Shown here: piece by piece, positions 10,501 through 22,366 of the stretch
How positions within the stretch are numbered: position 1 is the first letter of the stretch
Layout: each line of letters starts with the position of its first letter
NCBI GenBank assembly: GCA_964019425.1
Contig: OZ025792.1
Location: forward strand, 1,364,001 to 1,428,000
Direction of reading: 5' to 3'
Source: Flectonema sp. DT1601
Taxonomy: Eukaryota
DNA: 64,000 bases
Made by a program: the position numbers and the translations under genes
Notes under the pieces: generated by a model
What the model was told of the DNA's origin: nothing
Seen by the model: only the letters and a program-made list of their open reading frames with translations
The model's database searches: none

Positions 10501-13088
10501 ATTAGTTTATCGTTTTTAAATAACACAGAATTAACATTACCATCTGTAGGACTGTACATCACAGACTCACTTGATGGTTTTGTTCCATTTTGTGATGGTG
10601 GTGGTGGTGGTGGTGGTGGAGGTGCACATCCCAGAACAGGTATCACACTCTGAATTGGTTGTTCTATTTGTACGGTTTCTGCTCCTTTCGCGACTACCAG
10701 TATTGCATTTTCAGTTTTTTTAGCCTGATGCCAACCTTCAAAATCACTAATAGGATGACCATCGACAGAAACTACTACGTCGCCAGCAGCGAAGTGATTT
10801 ATTGCATTGTTTTCTCCCTGGAGGACTTCAGTGATGACTACCTTTTCGTCTCTTAGTATTATTGACTTTACGATATCTGTTTTTGAGTTGTATTGAAGTT
10901 CAATGATTTCCTGCTGTTCTGATAAGTCGCAAAGACCATGTCCTCGACCGATTGTTATATCGGATGAGTGTTTTGGATTGAGTGATTGAGTTGTGTTAGT
11001 CTTTTGACTTTCCCAGGTGTCAATAGTTACTGGGTTTCCATTAATTAAAAGAACTTTATCTCCCTGAAGTAGTTGACTGATGTTATTAGATTCTGTAACC
11101 TCAGCTATGAACAACCCGCGATCATCACATGCAACTGAGACGACTTGATCTGTTGATGACAATGGAAGTGACATTCTTATTTCATTTCTTGAAATCTCAA
11201 TTGTGGATGAAAAAGATGATCTCGTTGATAAAGTAGATTGCAGTAGAGTCTCTTGTTTGTTTACAGCAGCAGTCCAATCATTTACAGTAAGAATTCTCTC
11301 TCCTCCAGCAGATAATATCTTATCACCGGGCAAGACAGCTGATCCGACGGACTCTAACACTAAAATATCTTCTATTTCCGCTACCTCCACATGTTTAGCA
11401 TCGTGTGGACTGAGCATTACTTGCATCTTAACCCCGTTCCTCATTAGATGAATAGTAATCGACACGGGTTCGAACTTGTGAGAATTCCAAGTTTTTAAAT
11501 TGGTCAACAACTTTCCATTCACCGAGTAGATAACATCTCCCGGATGAAGTTTACAAGATTGTTCATAATAAGGAGATGAGTAGTTTACGGATGTTACGAT
11601 GGTCCGACCATTGGCAAACCCGAGGCTTTGAATAATACAATTAGACTCTAAGAAGAAATCAGACATAACCTTTTCCTTTTCTTGATTAACAACAATGGAA
11701 CCTGATGTTGATGATCTGCTAACAATCGGTGGAGGATTCAACTCATCATATCGTTCTTGCCATTCGTGAGGGTGCAGACACTCATAAAGTGAACATTCAT
11801 CAGCAACAGTAACATGTTCATCATTAAAGTTATACCATTCTCTATCTTTACCCTTTACCGATAGATCTCTAATGTAAGCAATGTAGTGTCCTCCTGAAGT
11901 AGTTCCCCTGTGAGCTAGTACAGAGAATAACTCGTATGTGTGATGAGAGAGAAATGGCCAAACTGAACGAAGAAGATCAGCAGTTATACTTTTACAACCA
12001 GCTGCAACTAAGAACAACTGTCTTTTATCAGAAGGGATATATTTACCGTTGTAAGAATCTGTTAGGAAGGGGGATAGGTTTATCTCTTCCTGGATGTCTA
12101 CGTCGTCGTAAACCTTTTCTCGACGAAGAGTTTCAAAGTCGAAATCAAACCTACGAAGCTGAACAGTTAAAATAGGAGGCAACTTTTTCAGACTCAAACC
12201 CTTCAGTGAGGGTTGTTTACTACTACACTCATCGCAGTTAATTTCATTGTCTCCTTCCATACATTCTGCTTCGACGAATTTCTCTAATGCTTCCTGTACG
12301 CTAGAAGTGTTCTTAACGGCTAACGTAATGTCTTGAAAAGTGTCAACTCGTTCTCTCCTTGCGCCGCAGGTTTTGCATTTTATGTAGTCGCCAAGCTCAC
12401 CTTCGAAGTAGTCAATAAGAAATGAATTCCCCTTTAAGTGATCAATGTATTTCTGTAATGCTTCAAAGAGTACTCGATTTAGTTCTTGAACGTCGTGTTG
12501 AGCAAAGTGTTGGCTTGACGTCCATCGAAAAGATTTCGTTAATCCCTTCGTGTCAACAGCTGATTTCTTACCGTCACGAAGACGTGCAAATAAAGATTGT
12601 AGTTGGTAAGGGACATTTAATTCAGTTCTCATTTCTTCTGGAATTTCCCATGTTAGTAATTGTTCTCTGAAGTCGGCTGATAAGAACAATGTCTGCAATA
12701 GTGAATTCATATAACAAGTAGCACCTTGGTTGAGTAATCCTGTGAATGATTCTTTCACAGCAATTTTGTTTTTTAATTTCTGTCGTTTGAGATACGTTTC
12801 TGGTGGAGCAACACCACCAGAAATCCCTTCGGTTGACATTCTTCTGTTACCCCGTTTTATACTTGGTTCTGCTATGTCGTTTGTTTCGCTAACGTCGAGG
12901 ATGAAACCTACGTTCTTCTTATTCTTCTTTCCATCATATTTGGTATCGCTACAAAACGAGCCTACTGTAACTTTTCCTTCTGTGACGGGAATAACTTGGC
13001 CATTGACAACAACACAAGCAGCTTCATGATCGTTTATTTCATGCAATGGAAGCATATGATCGCAATACGTGCAGGATACTTTATCCAT
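7566..13088 (-). CDS. USP-family deubiquitinase (USP7/40/47-like) with N-terminal Zn finger, PDZ-like insertion and C-terminal RING-H2
   Basis: Cys box GLLNQGATCYMNSLLQ, QHDVQE, His box HRGTTSGGHY, WYNFND. Six G-D-x-hydrophobic PDZ-like motifs. C-terminal CSIC..C.H..H..C..W..CPVC. Confidence 0.9.
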   Translation of the reverse strand: MDKVSCTYCDHMLPLHEINDHEAACVVVNGQVIPVTEGKVTVGSFCSDTKYDGKKNKKNVGFILDVSETNDIAEPSIKRGNRRMSTEGISGGVAPPETYLKRQKLKNKIAVKESFTGLLNQGATCYMNSLLQTLFLSADFREQLLTWEIPEEMRTELNVPYQLQSLFARLRDGKKSAVDTKGLTKSFRWTSSQHFAQHDVQELNRVLFEALQKYIDHLKGNSFLIDYFEGELGDYIKCKTCGARRERVDTFQDITLAVKNTSSVQEALEKFVEAECMEGDNEINCDECSSKQPSLKGLSLKKLPPILTVQLRRFDFDFETLRREKVYDDVDIQEEINLSPFLTDSYNGKYIPSDKRQLFLVAAGCKSITADLLRSVWPFLSHHTYELFSVLAHRGTTSGGHYIAYIRDLSVKGKDREWYNFNDEHVTVADECSLYECLHPHEWQERYDELNPPPIVSRSSTSGSIVVNQEKEKVMSDFFLESNCIIQSLGFANGRTIVTSVNYSSPYYEQSCKLHPGDVIYSVNGKLLTNLKTWNSHKFEPVSITIHLMRNGVKMQVMLSPHDAKHVEVAEIEDILVLESVGSAVLPGDKILSAGGERILTVNDWTAAVNKQETLLQSTLSTRSSFSSTIEISRNEIRMSLPLSSTDQVVSVACDDRGLFIAEVTESNNISQLLQGDKVLLINGNPVTIDTWESQKTNTTQSLNPKHSSDITIGRGHGLCDLSEQQEIIELQYNSKTDIVKSIILRDEKVVITEVLQGENNAINHFAAGDVVVSVDGHPISDFEGWHQAKKTENAILVVAKGAETVQIEQPIQSVIPVLGCAPPPPPPPPPSQNGTKPSSESVMYSPTDGNVNSVLFKNDKLIVSEICSVPETLNNKDTVLLLEGDVIYSADNIIMENIDMWSEIESSQKTGISMIVKRGDGLEELNQHKETLAKQEIISKNGETNIKPEGLDEIVLFAVDYSQIQLNDKCEVEKSTSASLESGDVIKFVNQISIKSDLEFRTLCGSEDTNGGMATVWVNRSKSDKASSPTAPADDDEGSSFFASIFDDLPAVMTPSSTTGIVQGKPVQSRLPTVTSRMYPYMIVYRLRSTCPLEHSSIPTSEGSIPEYLSKLVSSENEEFDQEISDYEAVKDLVEFKAYHNNTMKWCVCLRTDSIWDATVKAAAVFNIPTENATPSTLRIRHYLEASSVPGRSVLLGKEKPSDVPLEEVLGLGPLSAICVETRTEVDPEFKECAAADIKIFCSVYNPSSDTNSEEVGKPSMVIPATSTLQDLVTRVVIITDIPQSELYITIARGSDAHVLFEPNMSSINDLTEEKKIEIQSMLSAQVTNTHDICNLETIYVESAKHACNPEEESKKYGGVEQSCINSVNKIKNTKLCKADYWFPGNDDVEGLLYLPGLTKCSDLKEKIAAAHGIETSSFTMTCLPTKMARKGRSMEEPKKPLQAFVTNKHANVLLTASAASGGVNIDVYFIKQKPGKATWFYTSPGTAVETETEDFKKNICWDCTELKSAGITYSNCRYRKLDTRRQKTDCYLTGTVLSQWLQQSSPIVSGTSTISVVLEQGEIDEELTETSLFLWVQQFFPSERRYGDKKEIILNTDSRLYELVECMTEYTGGEGDPNNVPNERIRIIDKPLSNHFNRETTQAFHCGIQWNSVSQNSSTWMLKKCGYSQNDLVLFCDGSDLERAETDGPTEGNSGGGKRNLQLFLPSLKTTKSTEKGIVIKTEWDNDSPLEEPLTVAGPENKPDDVIYTNYSPAVVWSPEAHSTSCEDDELPQELEKQSRLYDTDLLEYQECSICLETYETEDIVIQLVCDHVLHTKCLCRWYKATGTCPVCKAELRP

Positions 13089-13556
13089 CTCTTGTGTACT
13101 GTGTGGCTGTTTGATGTAATGATATTTGTTAAATTCTTCTTCTTTTTTTTTTTTTTTTTTAACTCTTTTTTTATTACCAAAAAAAAAAAATTAATTATAT
13201 TTTTTTTTTTGGTAATAAAAAAATCAAAAAAAAAAGATCAGAGAAATCTCGCCATATTCGATTTTAAGAAAGAAAAAAAAAAATAAATATAAACACCGCA
13301 AATTGCAGCTGCTCCCCTTTAAAATGAAGCCAGTTAGGTCGCAACAAAACATACATGCGGCAGGTTGATATCGCTATTTACTATTTACCCCAATGAATTG
13401 AGTGACATCCAGAGGGGAAAAAAAAAAGAAAAGGGGGAAAGAAAAAAAAAAAAAGAAGAAAAAAACGTTAAAATAAAAATATTATTCATAAGAACTATAT
13501 AACAGTAAATATCATAAATCACTAACAGAGGTGGCTGTAGATGAATGTCAGGGTAG

Positions 13557-14181
13557 TTAGCAAGGCATTTCCGCGAGGAGATCCTGTTTTTTTGGTTTGT
13601 GTTGTTGTGATGTTTTGTTTTTAATCAAATAGGCAATGCTAACGCTAACTATGAAAGCATACCTGTCTCTTCTGACGTCTCTTTTCTTCACGTGCATCAT
13701 CTCTACGCTGTTGGGCGACAGAGTCTTCACTGCGAGATTTGTCTGCAGTTACGCCGCAGCATTTTTCTTCTTTTTTAATCCGACGAAGATCTGATGCAGC
13801 AGATCGCTGAGATTTAGTTTCTGACGATGTATTCGCTCTCGCGTTTACTAGTCGCATGTTTGCTTCTACTTGTTGAAGTCGATTCTTAAGCTGGTCAATT
13901 ATTTTATCTTTTTCATCACTTCCTCCACTACCTCCACCACCTCCATTGAAGAATGCTCTCAGTACACTTTTGTCTTTCAAGACCGTCTCGGAATCGCAGT
14001 CAACGAATTCTTTAAAGTCCGGGTCGAGCCATTCTAATCTTTTGAGACCTTTTAAACTAACTTCGTTTGAGAATAATTTTTCAACTGCTGTTCTTACATC
14101 GCTTATTTTAGTTTCATCATCAATAGAAAGTTTCTTCTTTCTTTCTTGACCATCAATAGTAGTGGAGACAAGGATTAACAT
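13557..14181 (-). CDS. Small protein with possible ubiquitin-like (beta-grasp) N-terminus and coiled coil; 2 exons (14181-13663, 13583-13557)
   Basis: First plausible ATG at 14181. The ORF runs into a GTATGC donor; splicing to AAACAG at 13584 gives ...KRQ-DLLAEMPC-stop. Fold assignment is inference. Confidence 0.65.
13584..13662 (-). other. GT-AG intron, 79 bp
   Basis: Donor CAG|GTATGC; A/C-rich acceptor ...CACAAACCAAAAAAACAG|GAT. Size and signals match the other introns, but no conserved domain confirms the join. Confidence 0.65.
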
Positions 14182-14743
14182 GGTGTGTGTGGTTTGGGTT
14201 TTTTTCTTTTTGCTAAAATAGAAAAGAACAAAAACATTTAATATTAAAACCCTACGTGCAAGCATTCTTCCTCACCAAAGACAAGTGATAGTTTATTGTG
14301 TATCCTACAAAGTGAGTGTGTAAGCTACTAATAAATACAACATACAATGATAGTCTGTAATAAATGTGTCTAAAAGTGATAACGTAATTGATACAAAGAC
14401 ACAGTGATAAGACTCAAAGAGCGCACATTACAGGTACAGATCGAAAAGTGAGGTACCTATTTTTTTTTTTTTTCCCCTTGTCAAGTCAACCCGAATGATT
14501 TTTTTTATAATCAAAAAAAAAAAAAAAAAAAAAAAAAAAAGAATAAATCATCATATGCCACGGAACAAAAAACCCTCAGTAGTTTTTTTTTTTTGTTACC
14601 TTCGATGTGTTATCAGTTTAGCAGGGGTGGGCAGTATATGGGGATTTTGGGAGAAGAGAGGGAGAACCACAATCAAATAAGATCATTTTTCGTCATTGGA
14701 TATGTCTACCCGGGCAATGATATACGAATATAACAATAACATA

Positions 14744-16771
14744 CTAAGGTGGAAGCTGCTCGTCGTGAATGCCAAACTTTTGTTCTTGTTGTGAAAGAAG
14801 TGCTTTAGATGCATGTTTTCTTTCTAAATCTGTTTGGATACTTATATATTCATCGGGGGATAGAGTTTTACGATCAGAAATAATGTGCTGAGGTGTATAT
14901 TGTTCTCTGACAGTAAAAGGACCAGTAGTAATTGAGTCACTTGAGATACGCCCAGGCTTCCACGAAGGATCAGAAGACGGAACGAATACATTACGAGCTC
15001 TTTCAGAAAGAGGAGATTGTTCATAAGGATTAAAGTTTGTAAGTGATGATGGTGGGGGTCTCACTATTTCCGATTCTCTGATATCAGTTGCAAGTGACTT
15101 CATTGATTCTGGGATCTCATCATCCAGTGGTGATGCCGGTATTGAATATGGAACATTCGGTAATTTTGTTATATCACCTCCCATTCCTTTTAGTATCAGA
15201 TTATAATGTTTAGTATTCAGTTCCAGTCCTCTTGCCAACATCTCTTTCCAAATCTCATGAACAAAGTGAGGATCATCTTGACACTTTATAAGTGACATAT
15301 AAGCAGATCGCGAAGGCTTTGTATTGGAATCCGGCCCAAAATGAACGCTAAAAACATAAAGAGCTTCCGCTGGTGTCCCAGTTAGACATTTCAAGTATGA
15401 CTTTGGTATACTACAATTGTGAAACCATAAGTAGTCAGGATTATTCTTAGCTAGATATTGGTATACTTGACGAGCCTCAGAAACACGATTATTCTTAGAC
15501 ATCACTCTAATTAGAGATCTGTAATCGTTATACGACACCCTGATACCATATTTCGACATAAACGACCAAAGACGAAGAGCTGTATTTGGTGATGCTGCAG
15601 TAAGCGCTCTAGAAAAGAAATTTTTCGGAATTCCCACCATTCCCTCTTCTTCTATAACTCGTTGCGCTGATAGTTGTAATTCCTCAACTAAAAAGTTTAA
15701 AACATCTTGATCTCTGAATTGCTTACATTCACTTAAAGATCCAATTATGTCCATATACCCAGATATAGTAATATGAGTCCCAGCAGATGATAGAGTCATG
15801 TATATTTGTAGAAGCCTATCAACGTCACGTCGTTGACGAAGATTGTAAAATAAAGCTTCTGAAACTTCAGCAGGAATGTTTCCCTCCCCATAATCAACAA
15901 GGATTGCTTTATATATGATTGGAAATATAACTTCTCTCAGGGAATGGATACCAAGTCCTCGGACGATGGCGGCACATGCAACTGGCGAGAGGAGTTTTTT
16001 AGAACGAGCTTTCAACCAGACGATTAAGATATCACGTTCAGAGACAGGCGATCCAAATTCAGTCATCAGTAAGATTGCTAATTCATAGTGTTGTGATGTA
16101 AGCCATTCCGGTACAAGTGCTTCTAGCTCATCAAGCCACATTGCTGCTTCCATTCCTGTTGGACATTTGTACAGAACATCGAGATACGCTTGTGATGACT
16201 TGAGTCTCGGTGTCATGTGATTATGACGTTTTCTAATTGCAATCGAATTGCTTTCTAGTTTTGAAATCCTCGACTCGAGATCATTAATACAAATATCAAA
16301 ATCAAACTTGTCTCCAACGAAAGGTGTAATCGATTTATTCACATCTTCCTGTCCATCAGTAATTTGTAAAGGTATTTCTTCTTGCATTCCCAAGGCTTCT
16401 TTTATTACAGATGACTCTTGATGCCATCCCTGGGGTATTCTTGTGAGCATTTTACCTGCTTCTAAATATGATTTTTCAGTTTCTTCTTCGGGTGTCAATG
16501 GTTTCCTTGGAACCATAACCTTTTTCTTCTTCCTTTTCTTCCTTTTTGCAATTTTGATTTCCTCTCTTTTTTCATTGTATTTAATAAGCTTTTCGAGTTT
16601 ATCGTCAACCATTTTTGAGCTTTTGCGATATGCTGCTTCGTCTGGTTTTTTGATATTCTTATTAGGAGGAGGAGTTTTTCTTGTCTTCCTTCGGAAGTTG
16701 GCATCAATAGTCCCCCAATTAATTAATGAGCCGCTAGACTTTTGCAATAAATGTGCGCATTGCCGGAGCAT
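14744..16771 (-). CDS. PPR-like helical repeat protein, probably mitochondrial
   Basis: ATG at 16771 (MLRQCAHLLQKSS, presequence-like). PPR-like units YRSLIRVMSKNNRVSEARQVYQYL, PSRSAYMSLIK, IWKEMLARGLELNTKHYNLILKG. Confidence 0.75.
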   Translation of the reverse strand: MLRQCAHLLQKSSGSLINWGTIDANFRRKTRKTPPPNKNIKKPDEAAYRKSSKMVDDKLEKLIKYNEKREEIKIAKRKKRKKKKVMVPRKPLTPEEETEKSYLEAGKMLTRIPQGWHQESSVIKEALGMQEEIPLQITDGQEDVNKSITPFVGDKFDFDICINDLESRISKLESNSIAIRKRHNHMTPRLKSSQAYLDVLYKCPTGMEAAMWLDELEALVPEWLTSQHYELAILLMTEFGSPVSERDILIVWLKARSKKLLSPVACAAIVRGLGIHSLREVIFPIIYKAILVDYGEGNIPAEVSEALFYNLRQRRDVDRLLQIYMTLSSAGTHITISGYMDIIGSLSECKQFRDQDVLNFLVEELQLSAQRVIEEEGMVGIPKNFFSRALTAASPNTALRLWSFMSKYGIRVSYNDYRSLIRVMSKNNRVSEARQVYQYLAKNNPDYLWFHNCSIPKSYLKCLTGTPAEALYVFSVHFGPDSNTKPSRSAYMSLIKCQDDPHFVHEIWKEMLARGLELNTKHYNLILKGMGGDITKLPNVPYSIPASPLDDEIPESMKSLATDIRESEIVRPPPSSLTNFNPYEQSPLSERARNVFVPSSDPSWKPGRISSDSITTGPFTVREQYTPQHIISDRKTLSPDEYISIQTDLERKHASKALLSQQEQKFGIHDEQLPP

Positions 16772-17563
16772 ATTTTTCTTTTTATTATTTGTCTCACAAC
16801 TGTAATAATAAAATATAACGATACGATTATTTGGTAACCAGCAAGACATCAGTTCTCATCAAACAAAGTGTGCTATTAATCGTTTGATACATCGACTGTG
16901 TGACCTGTTATGTCAGAGGAAAAAAAAAACGATTTTTTTTTTGAATTTTAAAAAAACGAGAAGAAAGAAAGAAAAACAGAAGCGTTAACCACATTTGGAT
17001 GCATTCTTCTTTTTCCTCTTTTTTTTTTCTAATGTTCCTTACAGAACTAACAAGCAAAACCCTCTTGGGGCTGCCTAATTAATAACACAACAAAAAGACA
17101 ATAAATAGCCACTACAGGATGACCCCGCCACCCAAGAAGAAGACCACACGAATTATAGTCCCTCCGGCCTTAAACACAGCACAACAGAATAAGTAAAAGA
17201 GGGAAAGAGAAAAAATAAAAAAAAATTAATAAAGGACAAGCTGCTTTATTTGTTTCTTGGATAATGCCAATTTTTAAATTTCCACAGCGAATAGAACCTT
17301 ATAGGGGGAAATAATAATTATTTCGGGATTTTTCTTTTTTTTTTCTTCTTCTTTTTTTTTTTTTCTTTGTAAACTATACTACAACTGAATTGCATGTCAA
17401 CAATAAAAATATAGAAAACTGAACATCAGACTACAGTGATGTTTATAGATAAGGGGAAAGGATAATAATAAGGGAAAAACAACAATCTTTTACGCAAGGA
17501 GGGGTAAAGAAAATCAATATGTCGATTTGTCTTAGAAGTTATCTTGTAACAAGCCGACGTGTG

Positions 17564-17594
<31 letters not shown>

Positions 17595-20500
17595 AGTTCA
17601 CTGTTTGTGTTTTTTTAACACCATTAGTGTATTCAAACTAGAAAAAAAAAAGAAAGAAAAAAAAAAAGGAGATGGTTTCCACTTTTCCAATTCTACTGCA
17701 ACTTTTCATTTCACGAAAATAAACACGCTCTCCATAGCGATCAATTGGTGAGGAGACCATTCCTTCTTTTTTTTTTCTTTTTTAATAAAGTAAAAAATTG
17801 ATCTTTTTCTCTTTATCAGGCAACAAGTGTCCTCACAACAGGTTACTTATATACGTACGGTGATCACAATATATCGATCGTACCAAAAAGGAATATTTAA
17901 CTAAACTAAAAAGACTTTATGATACAGTTCCCTAAAAAGGAAAAATCTGCGAACATGTCTCTTTTTTTTTTTCCGTGTTATTATTCAGCAAGGGGGAAAA
18001 AAAAAATATTTATTTATTTATCTTATTTACGAAGCTTAGGAAGCCAAAAGTCAGGAAAAGCTCACAAGGGTAACAGTTATATCGCTACCAGCAACCATGA
18101 GACTCTCACAGACGATAAGAGACGTAGAATAACCTGAAACAAATGTCAACCTAAACCCACCGCCCGCGTGAGCAGACAGTGTTAGAGACGGCTGATAACG
18201 CCAATTTTCGTCATTTTAAGATATAACTTAATACTGTAATTAAAATATAAAGCAACTTGAAAACCCGGCTTAAAAATACAATAAGATTCCGACACGGCTG
18301 CCATGTAAAAAAGACTAAGCAGCCCGGTATCGATAAACCCATACGTGCTGTCGAATATGGGAATTCGGGAGGCCATACTTGGGAGGAAAAGATGCGGTAG
18401 TAAACGAAAAAGAAAAAAAACGGGGAAAAAAAATAAAAGGAAAAAATACCATACGAGGGACGCAGTATTCAGGCCACCCCGATGAACCATTTGAGGCTCT
18501 ATTAGAAAAAAAAAAAAAGAAAAGCAAGATAACATTTTATAAACGTTCGCACGATATGAGGTTATCAATAGGTTCCAAATACAAAACACACACTTTATTA
18601 ACAAATAAACACTTCACAATTGTACATAATTCAGGACAGAGGTTTAAAAGGGGAGAAATGTAAGAAAGTGACAAGTTACTTATAGCGTTGCAGCAACAAG
18701 CAGAAAAAAAATGAAAAGAAAGGGGGAAAAAATGAAACGATTCTATCACTGTGGAACAAACCACGAAAAAATTTTTTTTGTTTTTTTTTTCCCTCCTGAA
18801 AAGACTGAACCACTCAAACAAGCGGACGACTAACCAGCAAAAGACAACTGGAAGCACTCAAGGCGAAGCGTCTCACCCAATGTGTTTAAAGTAAATAGTT
18901 ATAATAAAAAAGTAAGATGGTAAAAGAAAAATGATAAAAACTTTTCTTTTTATAAGATTAAGACGGAACAGAGTGATCTCAAATAAATAAATCAAATCAA
19001 TCAATAAATCGTAAGAAATAATAAGTTTTTCAGTTTTAAAAAAAAAAAAAAAAAAAAAAAATATTCCTTCTTCGGATCTTATACCTCGCACTATTCAGCA
19101 AAGAAAGTAATTAGCTTTGAGACAGCTAGCTGCAAGAAAGAAAAAAGAAAAAAAAAAGCAGGCAACTGTTTGGTAACGAATTCTTTAAATAACCATACTA
19201 AATCATCAGTACAACCACTATCAATAAACAAAGTTGTTATTCACTCCCAATTCATCACCATTCAAAATTAGTTAAGGAGAAAGAAGGGACGGGAGAGCTA
19301 ACCATTTGAGCATACTTATAATGATATAAAATATATGTACTTCATCAAAAGTTAAGTAGGGTTGAGAAGAGAGAAGAGAACAGGGAAATTAAATTCTGGA
19401 AAAATAAAATAAAAGAACAGTAAACACCAAAATCAGGGAAACTGTGTACAATTGGTTAATTAGTTATCAAAATACAACTTAACTGATTACTACGAATAGT
19501 TTGGGTACCCCGCAAATTAGGAGGACAATCGCGAAGATTGCAGTTTTACAGCCTCGGCTGGAAGAGGCTAACAAGTTGAAAACAGCGAAGGAAAAATAAA
19601 AGAGAAATTATCTGAGACTTTAACGATGTAAAAAACAGTAACAAATTTAGTTATGTACTGTAGCAAGTACTTGACTGAAAAAACATAAAAGGGAGTGGGG
19701 AGGAAGGTGAAAAAAAAATAAAAAAAATCTTTTTTATTTCATACATAGCATTATTCTTTATAATACGACCATGTGTGCCTTATGCCTACAAACCACGAAA
19801 TAAAATAGAACTCCCCGGAACAATACCGAGGATCGTTCACCCCCAGTTGTCCAAAGCATTATAATTGTACTGTGGGCTTACCGAAAGCTTTTAAAAATAC
19901 CACAAAAATTGGGCAGCACATAGCCATATCACTCAGCAAGAAATGAAAACGAAAGGACCACAGTCAGTTTATGATCATAACTTCACCGGACCCAAATTAG
20001 TATTCACAAGCAACAGAAATTGTTAGTGAGAACATCAAGCAGAGAATTACAGAATCTCCTTAATAAGTGACAACACGTCTTATTAGTTGGCAGACACTCA
20101 ATAGTGACAATAAAACCGACATCACAATACAGAATTTTTAGTTTATCTTTTTGGACTTGATTTTTTCCCTTTTTTTTTTTTTTTTTTTTTTTTTTCTGTA
20201 TGGAATATTACCAATAAAAAAAAACACCAGCAACAACATTAAATAAACAGCCATCATAATAAGGAAAGAAAGAAGGGAAAAAAAGGAGAGAGAGGTTAAC
20301 TTTTTCATTTGTACGTAAAATACAAAAAGTATTGTATCATAACGATAATTTAACATTAGTTTTTAGATACAGTGACTAGGTGTGATGGAGGGAGGCGAAA
20401 AAGACGGCTTTGTTTGCATGCTATTACTTGTTAACAACATGTTATTTCATCTAAAGGCGACGATACACTACTGACCTTCAGAAGTAGAGTCATTGCACAA

Positions 20501-22366
20501 ACGGAATATATTAATTTAGAAACTTATAAAATGTTCATACAATGCGATAAAAGATGAAGAAAAAAAAACAGTTTCGTGGTTTGCAGTACCTTAATTGCGT
20601 TCAACACATGAAGTAACGAGTAGTACGGTAGTCGTGTTTGAGACCATCTCAATAAAAATATATTTCGAGTGCGAAAGACGAGGACTGCTTTGATGTCAAT
20701 TTAGCACAGCCTCAGATGGCACTTCTTTTCCACAAAAAAACAATAAAGTCACCTGGTGGTTATCACCAGCATATCTTCTCTTTTCATTTTAACAAAGTAT
20801 CGCAAAAAAAAAAAAAAACTAAAACGAATGTTGGGCAACAAGCGTAAACTTTCTTTACTTTTTATTAGTATAAGTAGGTTCACGGTTTCGTACACAAACA
20901 AAACATCAACAAAGTGTTATATATTACCATTCTGTTGTATTGCTTAGGATGAAGCCAATTATTTCTTTTTAGTATCGTTAGTTAGTTGTCGTTAACCTAA
21001 AAGAAAAAGAAGAAAAAAAGGGGGTAACCGACAATCTTGACTGTCAGCGGCAAAGGGGGGAAAAGTGACAACGCACCTATTTTAAAGGAGTTATAAGAAA
21101 GAGGAAGGGAGAAGAAGAAAAAAAAAGACAAGATAGGCAAACTAGTGAGTAGGTATTTCATTAATAGAAATACAAAACAAAAATAAAAAAAATAGCAAAA
21201 AAAAAAACTATAAAAATAAAAAAAAACTTAACCAACAACTATCCCATTATCAAAAGAGTTGTGCAACAAGATGAAAGATTGGCACAAAAAAAAAAAAAGA
21301 GATGCAATTAATACAAAGCAACTTGGGTTCGGCCAACCCAACAGTTGATTTCGAAAAAAATCTCATGCGTGTCCTGCACATGCAGCTAGCTTTCAAATTG
21401 TAATTATCCGTTTGTAAATGAAATAAATTCAAAGATAGATAATAAAGGGACACTTATATTAAAAAAAAAAATTAAGAAAACACCAAAAAAAAAGTAATTA
21501 TAAAACACTATTCACTCAGAGCAAACCGCCGCAAGATTATGCTGCGGGGTGACAACCGAGTGTTTTTCGCATTTGATTTTGAAAATATTTTGCATTTATT
21601 TTGATGCGTTTTTTTTTTTTGGAACAGATTTCACAAATTTCAAACCAACAAACTAATTAATATATCTACACCATGGTGATCTTGAATGTATTCTTCTATA
21701 AGAAGAAGAGGGGAAACTAACTCCAGAAAATCAACGTAACCACAACAAAACAGAAGGAAGGAGGGAGAAGGGGAAAAAGGGATTCTTCGGATATTTTTTT
21801 TTATGTCACGAATTGACAGTCAAAGCTCCGGATTTCTACGTAGTTTAAAATAAGAAATTTAAATAAATAAAAATAAAAATAAAAAAAAAAAAAAAAGGAA
21901 GTAGAAAAAGTAGCAGCTATAAACAATCTTCGCGGACCGAGATTCCGGAATAATATAATTTTTTATTTCAAGACAACCACACAGCAGTGGTGCCGATACA
22001 GAGAGACAATTAATCTTTTTTTTTTTTTTTTTTTCGTTTGTCAGGATGGATTCTGTTCAGAGGCTGCCACACTACTTTCCTATTCCTCAAGTGAGGATAT
22101 TGTTTTCTTTGATTGTTTAAATGAACCGGAGAAAAGGGAACATGGGAAAGGAGAAAAGAGAAGAACAAGAGCTTGAGCCATCTATAACTCAGCAAAAATG
22201 CGATTCAGACACGCGGTAGTTTCTACCTTACGTGTGTGATTGTTGCAAGAAATAAATATTAAAAAAAAGAAAAATTAATGCAGATGCCAAACAAATCAAA
22301 TCAAGTGACTTGTTGAATAATAATAAAAAGAATGACTCATATACAGGAATAATACCATGTTAGTAC

